Shown: positions 9,350 to 20,145 of the stretch, piece by piece
How positions within the stretch are numbered: position 1 is the first letter of the stretch
Layout of the letters: the number at the start of each line of letters is the position of its first letter
Assembly (NCBI GenBank): GCA_044892525.1
Contig: CM097885.1
Coordinates: forward strand, 155,124,001-155,188,000
Direction: 5' to 3'
Length of the DNA: 64,000 bases
From: Schmidtea polychroa
Lineage: Eukaryota
The notes under the pieces: generated by a model
What the model saw: the letters and a program-made list of their open reading frames with translations, nothing else
What the model was told of the DNA's origin: nothing
The model's database searches: none
Made by a program: the position numbers and the translations under genes

Positions 9350-12300
9350 CAGGCCCGACGCTAGAGTATTTGGCGCCCTAGGCAAACTAAAAAAATGGCG
9401 CCTCTAGTCTAGAAACAAACCCAATAATTAAAGAAGTAAATGAAAATAAAATAACTATACTTCATTTATTTATTACACAAAAATATATATAAAAACAAAA
9501 ACCATTTAAAATTTAATTTTTCGTGCTTTTAGTTTAGCGAAATCTTCAAGCAGCAACTTCGTATCTATATCACGCGCCATTTCGTGTTCAATCGACAATA
9601 TTGCTAATCCCACAAGCCGTTCTTGTGACATTGTAGATCTTATATATGTTTTGATCTGTTTAAGCTTCGAAAAGCTTCGTTCACCGCTTGCCACAGAAAC
9701 TGGTAGGGTTAATAAAATTCGCAAAGCAACAAATATATTTGGAACGCTGTCCACTATATTATTTTTACAAATATAATTAAGTACATCTTCCGGCAATAAG
9801 TTTTTTGGAATATGTCTAGCTATAAATATCAATTCGTTCAATAAATCTGTACCATCAATATCTTTAGAATCATCGTGCCGTAAAAAATTTTCAAGTTTAA
9901 GACAATCCTCTAATATTTTCTTTGACGAAATATATTGCAAATTATGTATGTTGTATAGAAATCCAAATGTTGAATTTATCGTTGACATTTGGGTGAATCT
10001 TTGCTCAACAGATTTTTAAGCTCTATCCAAAACTGCGAAGTAAAAGCTGATCTTAAATTTTTCTTTTGGGTTCTGAATGGGCTCATCGTTGGCTTCATAT
10101 TCGAACTGTTTTTTTTGTTTTCTGATACGCTGAGTTTGTTTAAAGATTGGGGAAATTTCTGATTCTTCAGCAAGTTCTCGCGCATCTACCAATATTCTTT
10201 CAAAACCTTCATCATTTCGGGAGTTGAATAGAAATTTTTGGTATCTTCTAGTAGCTTCATAGCATCTTGAATATTAATTTTCTCAGATTGAAGTTGTTTG
10301 CTTGTAATATTTATGTTGAAAAGAATATCATACCAGATAATAACAGAAACTACAAACTCGAAATTCGAAATAGCTTTAGCAAGGCCCTGTGCTTCTATAC
10401 GTGAAGTATTACCAGAAACTCCTGTTTGAGAAGTATCTTGAAAAATATCAATAAGTGCAGCAATAACTTTACTTAGCTGATAGCGTAGAGGTTTAAGGGC
10501 ATCGATTCGGCTCTCCCATCTTGTATCGCTCAATGGCTTCACTGTCAAGTTTGAAGCATGACGTTTTAAAACTTCCCATCGACGTGTTGAAGCGGCAAAA
10601 TAGACATATATTCGTTGCACTAACATAAAAAATGATGTAGCATCTAAACAACAGCTTACAGCGTCATTAACAACCAGATTCAAAGAATGCGCAGAACAAG
10701 GAACAAATAGTGCTCGTGGATTTAGATTCAGAATTCGCCGTTGCACGCCATTTTCTTTGCCTTTCATATTGCTACCATTATCGTATCCTTGGCCACGCAA
10801 GTTCTCAATAGGTAATGACATATCTGCTAACATCTGAACGATTTCATCGGTCATACCAGCACCAGTTGTATCTGTTAGTTTCACAAATCCCAAAAAATGT
10901 TCTCTTATGCATATGGGATCTAAATCACAATTTTCTGTATTTGTATGGACAAAACGAATAATCAACGTCATTTGTTCAGTATGGCTAACGTCTGGTGTGC
11001 AATCCAGGATTATTGAAAAATATTTAGCCATGGAAATCGATTTTAAAATTTTTGTTTTAATACTCTTAGATAAAAGTTGTATTAACTCATTCTGAATATC
11101 TTTTCCCAAATAATGAACTTGTGTTTCATTGTTCTTTATTCTGCGAAGATGCTCACCCATAATTGGATCAAAAGAGGCCAAATATTCTACAAAGCTAAGG
11201 AAGTTTCCATTTCCAGGAGAATACAATTTTTCATTGCTTCCGCGAAATGCAATATTTTGCGTAGCAAGCACTTTAACTAGACCTATAAGACGCTCTAAGA
11301 CTTGTTGCCAGTGTCTCTCTTCTTGTTTTATGAGACGCAAATTATCCTGGTCAATAGTTTTATTCTTTTTTAAACGCAATTCTAGCTCCTTCCAAGTTTG
11401 AAAATTAATTAAATGATCCTTATTTTTCTCATGTCTTTCTAAAATTACAGACATATTTTTCCAATCGCTTGATCCTTTATCGGAGAGATGTATTACACGC
11501 TGGTTATTATTAAAAATTTTGCAACAAAAGCAGAAAGCCGAATTAGTTGTTTTGGAATACTGTAGCCAATGACGCCGCATTTCTTCTCCATTTGCAAGTC
11601 TCCTTCTATAAAAATTCATTGAAAATTTTCTATGGCTCTCATTTTGAGGAAAATCAAATTCTTCAATTTGTTCTGGTCCGTGTTCAACCAAAATTTGCCT
11701 CAAACGGCCAGAACGTAAGTCATGTGAATTTAACCAAGTTGCCGGATCACTATAATCAAGACTCGAATTTACGCTTTCTAATATTTCCAAAGTTTCATTA
11801 ATTAAAATTTCTTCAGTGTCTTCTATAGTTTCTAATACAATTTCTTCTATAGGTTCTTCAACAGTTTCTTCAATTGTTTCAACTTCAGTTTCTTCTATAG
11901 TTTCTTCCACATTCGTATGTGGAAACTCAGTCAAAATAGGCACCTCTGCATTTCTAGTTGTAGAGTTCCTATCCATTTGCTCTTCCAAATTGCAGTATAC
12001 TTGTTTTCTCGGAGTCATTTCATTTCGATTTTTATCTTGTGATTGTTGACGACAAATATATTTCAGAAAAGCACCTTCTTGCTTTTTTTCTTCATTTTTC
12101 TTTTCAGCTTTACGTTTTCTATTTTGTGCGCCAGATAATTTTTTTCTATCTGCCATTATGCTACCTCAAGTAAAAATTAATAGAATATAATAGATTTAAT
12201 AATAGGTGTAGAAAAATCCAATATAAATTAAATTACTGTGTTGTATATATGTAAAAATTATACTGGAAGTACGACCGAAATTATATATACTTTAAATAAA

Positions 12301-12901
12301 AAAAATTTGAGCCCTGCACTAATTAAATTTTATTTTTTTTTTCACTTTCTGTTTATTTATTTTTTAACTTTTTTAACATTTACTTTAGTCTTTTAAAACT
12401 TTACTGCATGTGACTTTATTCTTTTAAAATAAAACTAAAAATTATTGCGTAATTTAAAAAAATTTCAGAGCATGCTATATGCTAAATTTTTTTTAAAACC
12501 GCTTTTCAGTTAACTTTTTTGAACTTGCAAAATATTTTTTTAAATCGATTTTCCGTTGTATTTTTTTAAATTTTAAAAGAAATAAGTAATCGGTATCGGA
12601 CTAAAACAACGATGNNNNNNNNNNNNNNNNNNNNNNNNNNNNNNNNNNNNNNNNNNNNNNNNNNNNNNNNNNNNNNNNNNNNNNNNNNNNNNNNNNNNNN
12701 NNNNNNNNNNNNNNNNNNNNNNNNNNNNNNNNNNNNNNNNNNNNNNNNNNNNNNNNNNNNNNNNNNNNNNATCAATATAAAGATAGAAAGTTTATAAAAT
12801 ATTTAATTTACTTGATAAAAAAAGCAGAACTATTTGGCGCCCGCTTGTAAATCGGCGCCCTAGGCTGCTGCCGACGTCGCCTATGCCTAAAACCGGGCCT
12901 G
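9350..12901 (-). mobile_element. hAT transposon (ZMYM1-like/DUF4371 type) inserted in family II copy 2
   Basis: TIR CAGGCCCG / CGGGCCTG; perfect 8-bp TSD GTTGAATC (9342-9349, 12902-12909). Confidence 0.95.
9506..12156 (-). pseudogene. hAT transposase, disrupted
   Basis: TTF-type zinc finger (FCFCCKIF), IILDCTPDVSH, GQGYDNG, CSAHSLNL, DTRWESR, SGERSFSKL. Frameshifts at ~10230 and ~10110 and an in-frame stop near 10020. Confidence 0.9.
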
Positions 12902-14149
12902 GTTGAATCAAATTACTGACTTATCCCAAAACAAATAATTTCGATGTGTAGATCTTATACATAGGTCGATTAATTTTAGATTAATTATTTAAGGTAAATA
13001 GGAATCTGTAAATTGCTCTTGAATAGTTTATGTATGATAAACGGGAATTTATTAATTAATTTTCAATTATTTATTTATTATAAACGAAAATTTGTCAAAA
13101 TTGAATAAATAAATTAATTAATCCCACTAAGGGGACTCAAAAGGTCTGTCTGACCGCTGACTATTATTTCCGACCGGTGGGAATCTAGTGGCTGTCCGCG
13201 GTTTAATTTGATAACTGAAAATTCCAGCTGACACGTCCGGTCTGATTTTCTACGAGTAATAGTCAGTGTAAATCTACACACTGCGATTAACCGCTGTAGT
13301 GAGTCTAAAACGTGTGACGCCTGAAAATTTTCTCTCACGTACTTATCTTCAATCATAATCACTGACTGGTGTTCTCAGTCTGGAATCTATATCGTGTGCC
13401 TATGTAATCCTGATTGACCAGCTGCGTAAATGCTCAAACTCCACTTCACACGATGTTGGCATGCTATCTCTCACGGAAATTTTGGAAAATTACGATTCCT
13501 TGCATTGCTAATGTTGGATATAATTTGCTCCGAGGATGGATTATGCGACCACTCAAATGCTATTTATCAATCCGTTCCCGACGATTTGGAAATTTATTGC
13601 CTATCTCATCGCTGGGTTTTTCAACTCAATGAAATGCAGATATTTTACATTTAATAAGTAAGAATTATCATGCTAAATTGTTTTTTAGAAAATATATTTT
13701 TCCGGACTAGAGTTATTTGCATTGTACGTTTAAAAATTATTTGAAACTAATCATTTTATGTAATTCTAAAAATTATTTGAAACTAATCATTTTATGTAAT
13801 TCCCTACAACTACACCTTTAAGAGAACATACAGATGATGAAAATAACAGTTACGAAAGGTCGTAGGCTGAAAATTAGTAGGAATAAATTTCGAGGGTAAA
13901 ACATGAACACCGATGGTATGTCACATATAGTGATACTAATGTTTGAACGGTTTTGACAACACAAAAAAACTTGCATAGATCGTTGGGATGATAGAGAAAA
14001 TTTGAGCTTGGTAAAAACGATATCGTGATACGATAGTGCGACACCCTCAATCACTGCGCGAATATATAAAAACTCTCTGATTCATTTATACATCTCTGTT
14101 TTCGATCGCTGTATGACTACCAATTTTCTAGCAAAATTTTTCTATAGAC

Positions 14150-14300
14150 TTTAGTCGCACCTTCAGCGACGGACCCGTGAGGAAGCCCCCACATTACGGC
14201 CCGAATCAGCTGCGTGATTGAAAAACCCCATGTCCACCGGCTGAGCTCCCGAAGGCACCTCACACCATGACATGGAGTATCTCAACGCCACGTTTCTCGA
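14150..14300 (-). ncRNA. Conserved UUCG-capped hairpin C, copy 2 (copy 1 at 2900-3050)
   Basis: CTCCATGTC...C-TTCG-G...GACATGG(A/G)G; the 52 nt are identical between copies except one change that keeps a G-U pair. Confidence 0.5.
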
Positions 14301-16350
14301 AAATTTAAGTAGCATTAAATAATAATTCATAAAAATCAACAATTCATAAAAATCAATAATTCCTAGAAATCAATAATTCATAGTCAATCATTTATTGTTA
14401 AATAACTAAATCATTTAATTAAGCAAAGTATTTGAATCAAGCGAAAAGAAAACAAGTTCTTTAAATTAAAAATATAATTAGTTCATACGCATAACTATTA
14501 CTTAAAAGTTCAACATATAAAATCAAAAGATCCTTACCGAGTGTTTAATATGAGTATATAGGCTGAGTCGAAAAAGTACTGGGTCGAATTAATTAATGCT
14601 CGAATATTGTATAGATTCAACTGAAATTTCTTGGATCCTGAAATAGTCCTCGTAAGTTGCTCTGAGTTGGTTGTTTAATTGTGAGTTGCTGTTTCTTCGG
14701 CAAATTTATCTATTGAAGTTGTTAGATTAACAGTAATCATTATGATTTTAATGCCTGCTTATATATTAATTTTTTGTTTGCGCGGACCAATCAGAATTGA
14801 GTACCGCTTAATTTTACTACTTTAATTTATTTTTCTTGTTTTTGAGTTATTTCTTCCTATTTTCTTTATTTTTATTGTGTTTTTATTTATTTTCCTTAAT
14901 TTCCTTATTATCTACTATATTTTACGTTATTTTTCGTCATTCTATTGTCCTATTTTAATTGTTCTTATTTTTATATTTTTTGTTTTAATTCTTATTTTCT
15001 AATTATTGCTTTTTCTTATATTCTATTTTATTTTATTCGTCAATCTATTTATTTTATTTTTTTATTTTACTTTAGTTAAGTTTAACCTGATTTCCCAGCT
15101 ACCCTTCGGCTCAGCCCAACACTTAAGAGAATCTAGTATATATAATTTATATATATAATCATAAGGTTTTTGTTATTGCTACACCTCTTAGGGGTGGGAC
15201 AGTTGTACCTGAAAGTCTATATTTTCCTTGGTTTTGATTTATGCTTTATGTTGAAATAATATTTATGCTTGCAAGTTATCCATGTAGCCTTGTTTTAGTT
15301 ATGATGGAGAACACTTTTACGGTAGATCGATTTTGTGGATCCCTACATCATATCTAGAGAAAATTTATGCCTGTAAAATATCATTTCAACAACTTTTGAG
15401 ACGAATGAAAAGAACTTTCAATGGAAATTTTTTTTGTTATGAATCTATATATTGTAATTACATAACATTTGTGTCGACAATTTACTTTTTATAGCTATTC
15501 AACTTAGTATAGAATAATGTGAAGATGTTGCCCGAATTTATAAGTTATAGATATAATATTAGTAGTTTATAGATAAAGAAACTTTGTCAATATGTTGACG
15601 GGAATTTTGCGCATACCAGAACCATCTACGATAGAGAAATTTAGTTTGCATCAAAATAGGTTATTTTGTGGGCATCTATAGATATTAGTTCGCTTACCAA
15701 TGCGATTGAGATTATATCATCTTAGGTCCTACTCATCGCATGAACTTTAGGTTGCAATATTCTGACAGGAAATAGTTCAGAATTTTTAAGTCTTTAAATG
15801 CCTTAAAAATCTTTGCGCAGGGATCTCCCTGTTATTTAGAGTTAATTAGTTTCTTAGGTTCACTTTGACTTTATCGTTTAAGAGGGATTCGTTTAGAAAT
15901 TACCAGCTACACTAACATGTTGTATTGTGTGAAATTTGAGTCAGGGGATATTTCCCGTTTATCAGTTACCAATGTTGTGTGCAAAATAGTATAATTTAAG
16001 TGTTATTCTAGATATGTAAGTTAACGAAAAGATCGATTTAATTAAAATTTACCTACTTTCCCGACTACACTGAGTACGGTACGATAGGCCCTATTGTGTT
16101 ATTTACCCGCGATTAGTATCCCAAAAATTGTTTCGTCCGCATAGTCCCTACGACTATGCCAACTACCAAGAAGGATTTATACGCCCTACTTCTGGTTAAA
16201 CACCATTTGTTCGTGGCGACCTCTGGCAGTTGAAATCATTTTAATGCATGTAAGGTCGTGGACCCGTAATCATTGTGATAAAGTGCATAGATGCAGGGTT
16301 GACTTGTATCTCGCTCAAAAATCAATGATAACCGACGATCTCACTCAAAC

Positions 16351-16938
16351 CTACACCTCTATAATCAAATAGAAATAACGAAAACAACGTTTCAATAATT
16401 TATAATTCACAATGAAATCGTCCTTACTTACAATCCCAGAAAATCTCAAAATCAAAATCAAAATGGAACCTGTATCATTAGCTGCGATGATTTTCTGGAC
16501 TTGAAATTTCTCAATATCTGCCTCATTTGCTGGTGGAGGACCACTCTGTTCAACTTGATTCATAATACTCGTTAGAAAATTGTCGAAACTTTGATCTAAA
16601 AATATGTAATCTGATGAATCGGATCTAAAATCCAGCGGCAGCAATCCACCAAATAAATTTGATATTAGTTGGCCAAAAATACTATTTCTGTTATCAGGAT
16701 CTCTTGGAGTCATAAAAAAGGAACCATCAGTTTCGTTTGTAGTACTTCTATTTTCCATTGAGTTATCACGACTAATATGAAAAGCATTCAAGGCATCATC
16801 ATCATTTTCCATTGAGTTACCATGAATAATTCTTTCAATAAATCCATCATTGCACGTCACACATTTACCATCCTGAGATATGTGAACGTCCCTGTTGCAT
16901 TGAATATCATAGTAATTATCTTTATTAATTGAAGTCAT
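16351..16938 (-). CDS. Intronless RNF126/RNF115-like ORF with degenerate RING
   Basis: N-terminal zinc ribbon YYDIQCNRDV..KCVTCNDGFIE; SDY..LDQSFDNFLTSIMNQVEQSGPPPA; the RING start reads GIVSKDDF instead of CxVCKDD(Y/F), with the later Cys/His ligands missing. Confidence 0.7.
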   Translation of the reverse strand: MTSINKDNYYDIQCNRDVHISQDGKCVTCNDGFIERIIHGNSMENDDDALNAFHISRDNSMENRSTTNETDGSFFMTPRDPDNRNSIFGQLISNLFGGLLPLDFRSDSSDYIFLDQSFDNFLTSIMNQVEQSGPPPANEADIEKFQVQKIIAANDTGSILILILRFSGIVSKDDFIVNYKLLKRCFRYFYLIIEV

Positions 16939-17223
16939 TAAAGAACCAAAATCCGAATATCAATTTTATTAACCTTCGCGCAAATTCAAATTCACAAAAA
17001 CCATTTTTAAATTTAAACAACAATTCTACCAAACTTCCAGAATTCGAAAAACTCCAACCATCCTAAAATCGATACAAATCCAAATCGACACGACAAAACA
17101 CAAAACCTGACTAATAATTCGACACAGTTGTCCGCGTCTGTGTGCGCACACAAATCAAAAACAAAAGCGTAAGAAAGCGCACACAGACACGAGAACCGAT
17201 AATTAACCAGTAAGCATTGAAAA

Positions 17224-17270
17224 GTGACGAAATGTGTTAGTTTATATAGCCTCTGTTTGACGTGTAAGTA
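17224..17270 (-). promoter_or_regulatory. Putative TATA promoter upstream of the RNF126-like ORF
   Basis: CTATATAAA followed ~24 nt later by TCAC; homologous to 2217-2263. Confidence 0.5.
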
Positions 17271-18337
17271 TACATGCGTGTTGTGTACTGACACATTTCG
17301 TCCCATTTCTAACTTTGGGTTTAGAAATCAGTTCTAGCCCAACACCTCTCATCAAAACCAAAAAAGAAAATATGTCAAACATTCAAGAATCTGAAGCCTT
17401 TGTTTTCCTAGCTGTGATATCTCTGTTGATGAGCTTGATCATGAACACCTTCTATTCCATCAAAGAAAATTTCCTCAGATTATTAATTCGCGATTCTAGT
17501 GATTCTCCTGATATAGTTTGTTACGAGAACCGGACTGACCCATCCGTCTTCATTCAAAAGGAGTTAATGAACAAAGTTATTCCAAATAAAGATTCCAATA
17601 CTTTGACATCGCACGTTACTGGAGTCTACATGCCCAAATGCAAGTTCATCAACAATCTCAGTACAATTGCCAGATCAAGAGTCTATGCTTTCCTGTGAAC
17701 ATTGACTGCTGGAGCAAATATTTCCATGATCGCTTTCAATGTCGTTTACAATAAAAACTTTATTCAAATTACTAATTAGTTCATGTCCTTACAATGTGTG
17801 CTGTGTTTATATGTAAAATTATTATTCTGCCACTTTCTCAATTTCTATATAAAAACTTTTAAGTTTTTACACGCATGTAAGTTTGTGTGTTCCTCTACTA
17901 TAACTTAATCATTTTTTTATATTACAACTACTGCCAGTTGGAGTGATGAGCCTTGCAGATAAATAAATTTTCTGATACCGCGTCTTTACACACGACACAC
18001 CTTGAAGGGAATGGAAACCAATAAAAATAAGATAAATTGTGCGGAGCATGAAATGCACATTAACTGTCACCTTTCATTAATTAAAACTCTCTAAGCAAGG
18101 ATCATTTCTGGAAAATAAATTTATTTTGTTTATTTGATCATTTATAAATCAATATCCCTTCACTCGCTCAACACCTATGAAATCAATAACGTCTCCCATA
18201 GGGCATAATTTTGGCTGTTAAGCAGGGTAAGTTATCGAGAATGAGAAGGAATGACGGATGGGATTTTATTTATTTTTGCTTATTTTTGGTTATAGTGACA
18301 GGTCCATCAAAGAGATTTAAACTAAACGCATGATACC

Positions 18338-18810
18338 AAATTAAAGGATCAAATCAGAAATATCCAGACTGAACTCAAGAAGACTATCTGGTTCACTCCC
18401 CAGTAAGTTCACGTCCCACAACAGAAAGTCTTTAGTCTGAATAAACTCGAGATAGACTCGTCACAAAGAATAGAGTGCAACGGTTGCTAATCGGCGAGCA
18501 AAGTAGGGCCCTCGTGGCAGTGTTTACTGAAAACGAGCTAAAGTGTCTGATTTCGAACTTGAAGATGGTAGAGACTTGTAACGTGATACTCATCAAATAA
18601 ATCCCGGATGCTCCGCCGCAAAAAGATGTAGTACCAACCATAATTCCGTTGGGAATCCGCAAAGGGATATAACCGTGTAAAGGGTGACGCATGAGACGAA
18701 GGAGGAGACTGAAAAAGCAAATCCTACAGAACCTGTATCCCAGAGGAGAAACCTGGAGTAAGGCCAACGAGGAACGAAGTAAGCTGGACGACTTTAAGCT
18801 GGGACTTTGA
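18338..18810 (+). pseudogene. ORF-X copy 3, disrupted
   Basis: KLKDQIRNIQTELKKTIWFTPQ*, then in another frame RDRLVTKNRVQRLLIGEQSRALVAVF (cf. RDALIAESRSQRSLIKEQSEALHKVY), basic tract RRRRRLKKQ and GETW; stops and frameshifts. Confidence 0.65.
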
Positions 18811-19084
18811 TTTTTGAAAATGATAATGCGTCAATGTTATGTTAAAAAATATGATTGGGTATGACTAAAGGGTTAAAGCAGTAAGTAAATACAATTTGTG
18901 AGCTAAGCAGCGTAAGCCATTCTATCGACAGCTAGGAATCCGAAAGTGAAATAGCAATAAGAAGTAGTTCTGGCAATGAAACTAACCTGGTCATTGATTT
19001 TCGGCCACTATGCACAGTACCAACATGGTAGTTTCCATGAGTATATGGATGGTAGATAAAGATAATAATCACGAAGGCAGTTAA

Positions 19085-19317
19085 CCCTACACTGCATGAC
19101 TTTTTATATTTGATTTCACTTAAACTGTAAGACGTTTTAAAAATTGATTTGGTAATACAAAACTATTGAGAATTACATTACGGTTTTTTTGTATTATATT
19201 GCAAATATAGCCAATACAATGTAATATGAGAGAACATTTACCGAGAACAAGAGCGAGACAGTTTTTATTCTAATAAGATAATTGTGTATCACCAGTGATA
19301 CAATATGCAGTGTAGGG
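19085..19317. mobile_element. piggyBac-type MITE (233 bp)
   Basis: TTAA|CCCTACACTGCAT ... ATGCAGTGTAGGG|TTAA. Confidence 0.9.
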
Positions 19318-20145
19318 TTAAGGAGGAAATGATGATAAAAATACACCCTAAGTACCAACAAAGTATTTTTTTAAATATATAATATTTTTTGAAATTTTTA
19401 TTTTGGAAAAATTTACTTTTAATGTCTTTGTTAATCATATGCTGTTATTATTCAGACATCAAGGAAAGAAAATATGACTACCTGACATAAAGTAATGATG
19501 TGCGTGTAAGGGTCAATAATAAAGGCCAAAACCAGAAATTTACAAAGGAATACATGTTATATTGTCAAATTTTATAAAAAATGTATTTTTGGCTGAAAAT
19601 GTGTCTGCATAAAAAATTGACAGCAAAACGCTAAATTTAAGTGCAAAATAAGAAAATTATGATTTTTTAACATAGAAAAATGAGTAGCATTTCTAAATTA
19701 TCGATAGGCTTCTAAACTACTTCGTTGAATGAAAAATGCTTCAGTTAAAATTGTGCAACCAAATCAATATCATTTTAGTGGTATTTGTGATATTCAAGAA
19801 CTTTTCCACAAATAGATTTTTAAACATTCTGTAACTCGATTTTTCACATTTTTAGAGATTTGTAGCAAATTGGTTGCAAGCCGAAGTTTGCTCATAACTG
19901 AATAAAATAAATCATTTGCCACAATTACTGGTGACCCTTAAGCACTCCGGAAGGGACCAATCAAGTGACAATAATAAATGATTCACGAAAAGTCCCCTTA
20001 TAAAAATATTAAGATAACATTTCATAAATATTATACCTGAACTCACAGAGAAACTCTAAAGGAAAAAATATCAATACAAAATGCTCCACCATAAAAAATA
20101 TTGGAAAATCTAATGGAAAAACTCATTGGTTTATTAAACAAATGT

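Larger units (their letters stand above)
7729..15121 (-). mobile_element. Family II element copy 2, complete (~3.8 kb after removing the hAT); putative giant solo LTR
   Basis: CTTA|TGTTGCGGG at 7725-7737 and GCCCAACA|CTTA at 15114-15125 (TGTTG/CAACA ends, perfect 4-bp TSD); no gag/pol/transposase of its own. Confidence 0.75.
15126..17344 (-). mobile_element. Family I element copy 2 (distal part; proximal part probably 6312-7728)
   Basis: Block A at 15920-16280, TATA block at 17224-17270, terminal hairpin ending CCCAACA at 17344; same order as 672-2893. Confidence 0.6.
17345..19360 (+). mobile_element. Diverged family II element copy 3 (3' part)
   Basis: Decayed ORF-X, block D at 18905-19080, candidate end CCAACA at 19360. 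Confidence 0.55.

Noticed and set aside
15811-15840. AQGSP, resembling an RT QGSP motif
   Set aside because: No YxDD or other RT motif in frame; a stop follows shortly
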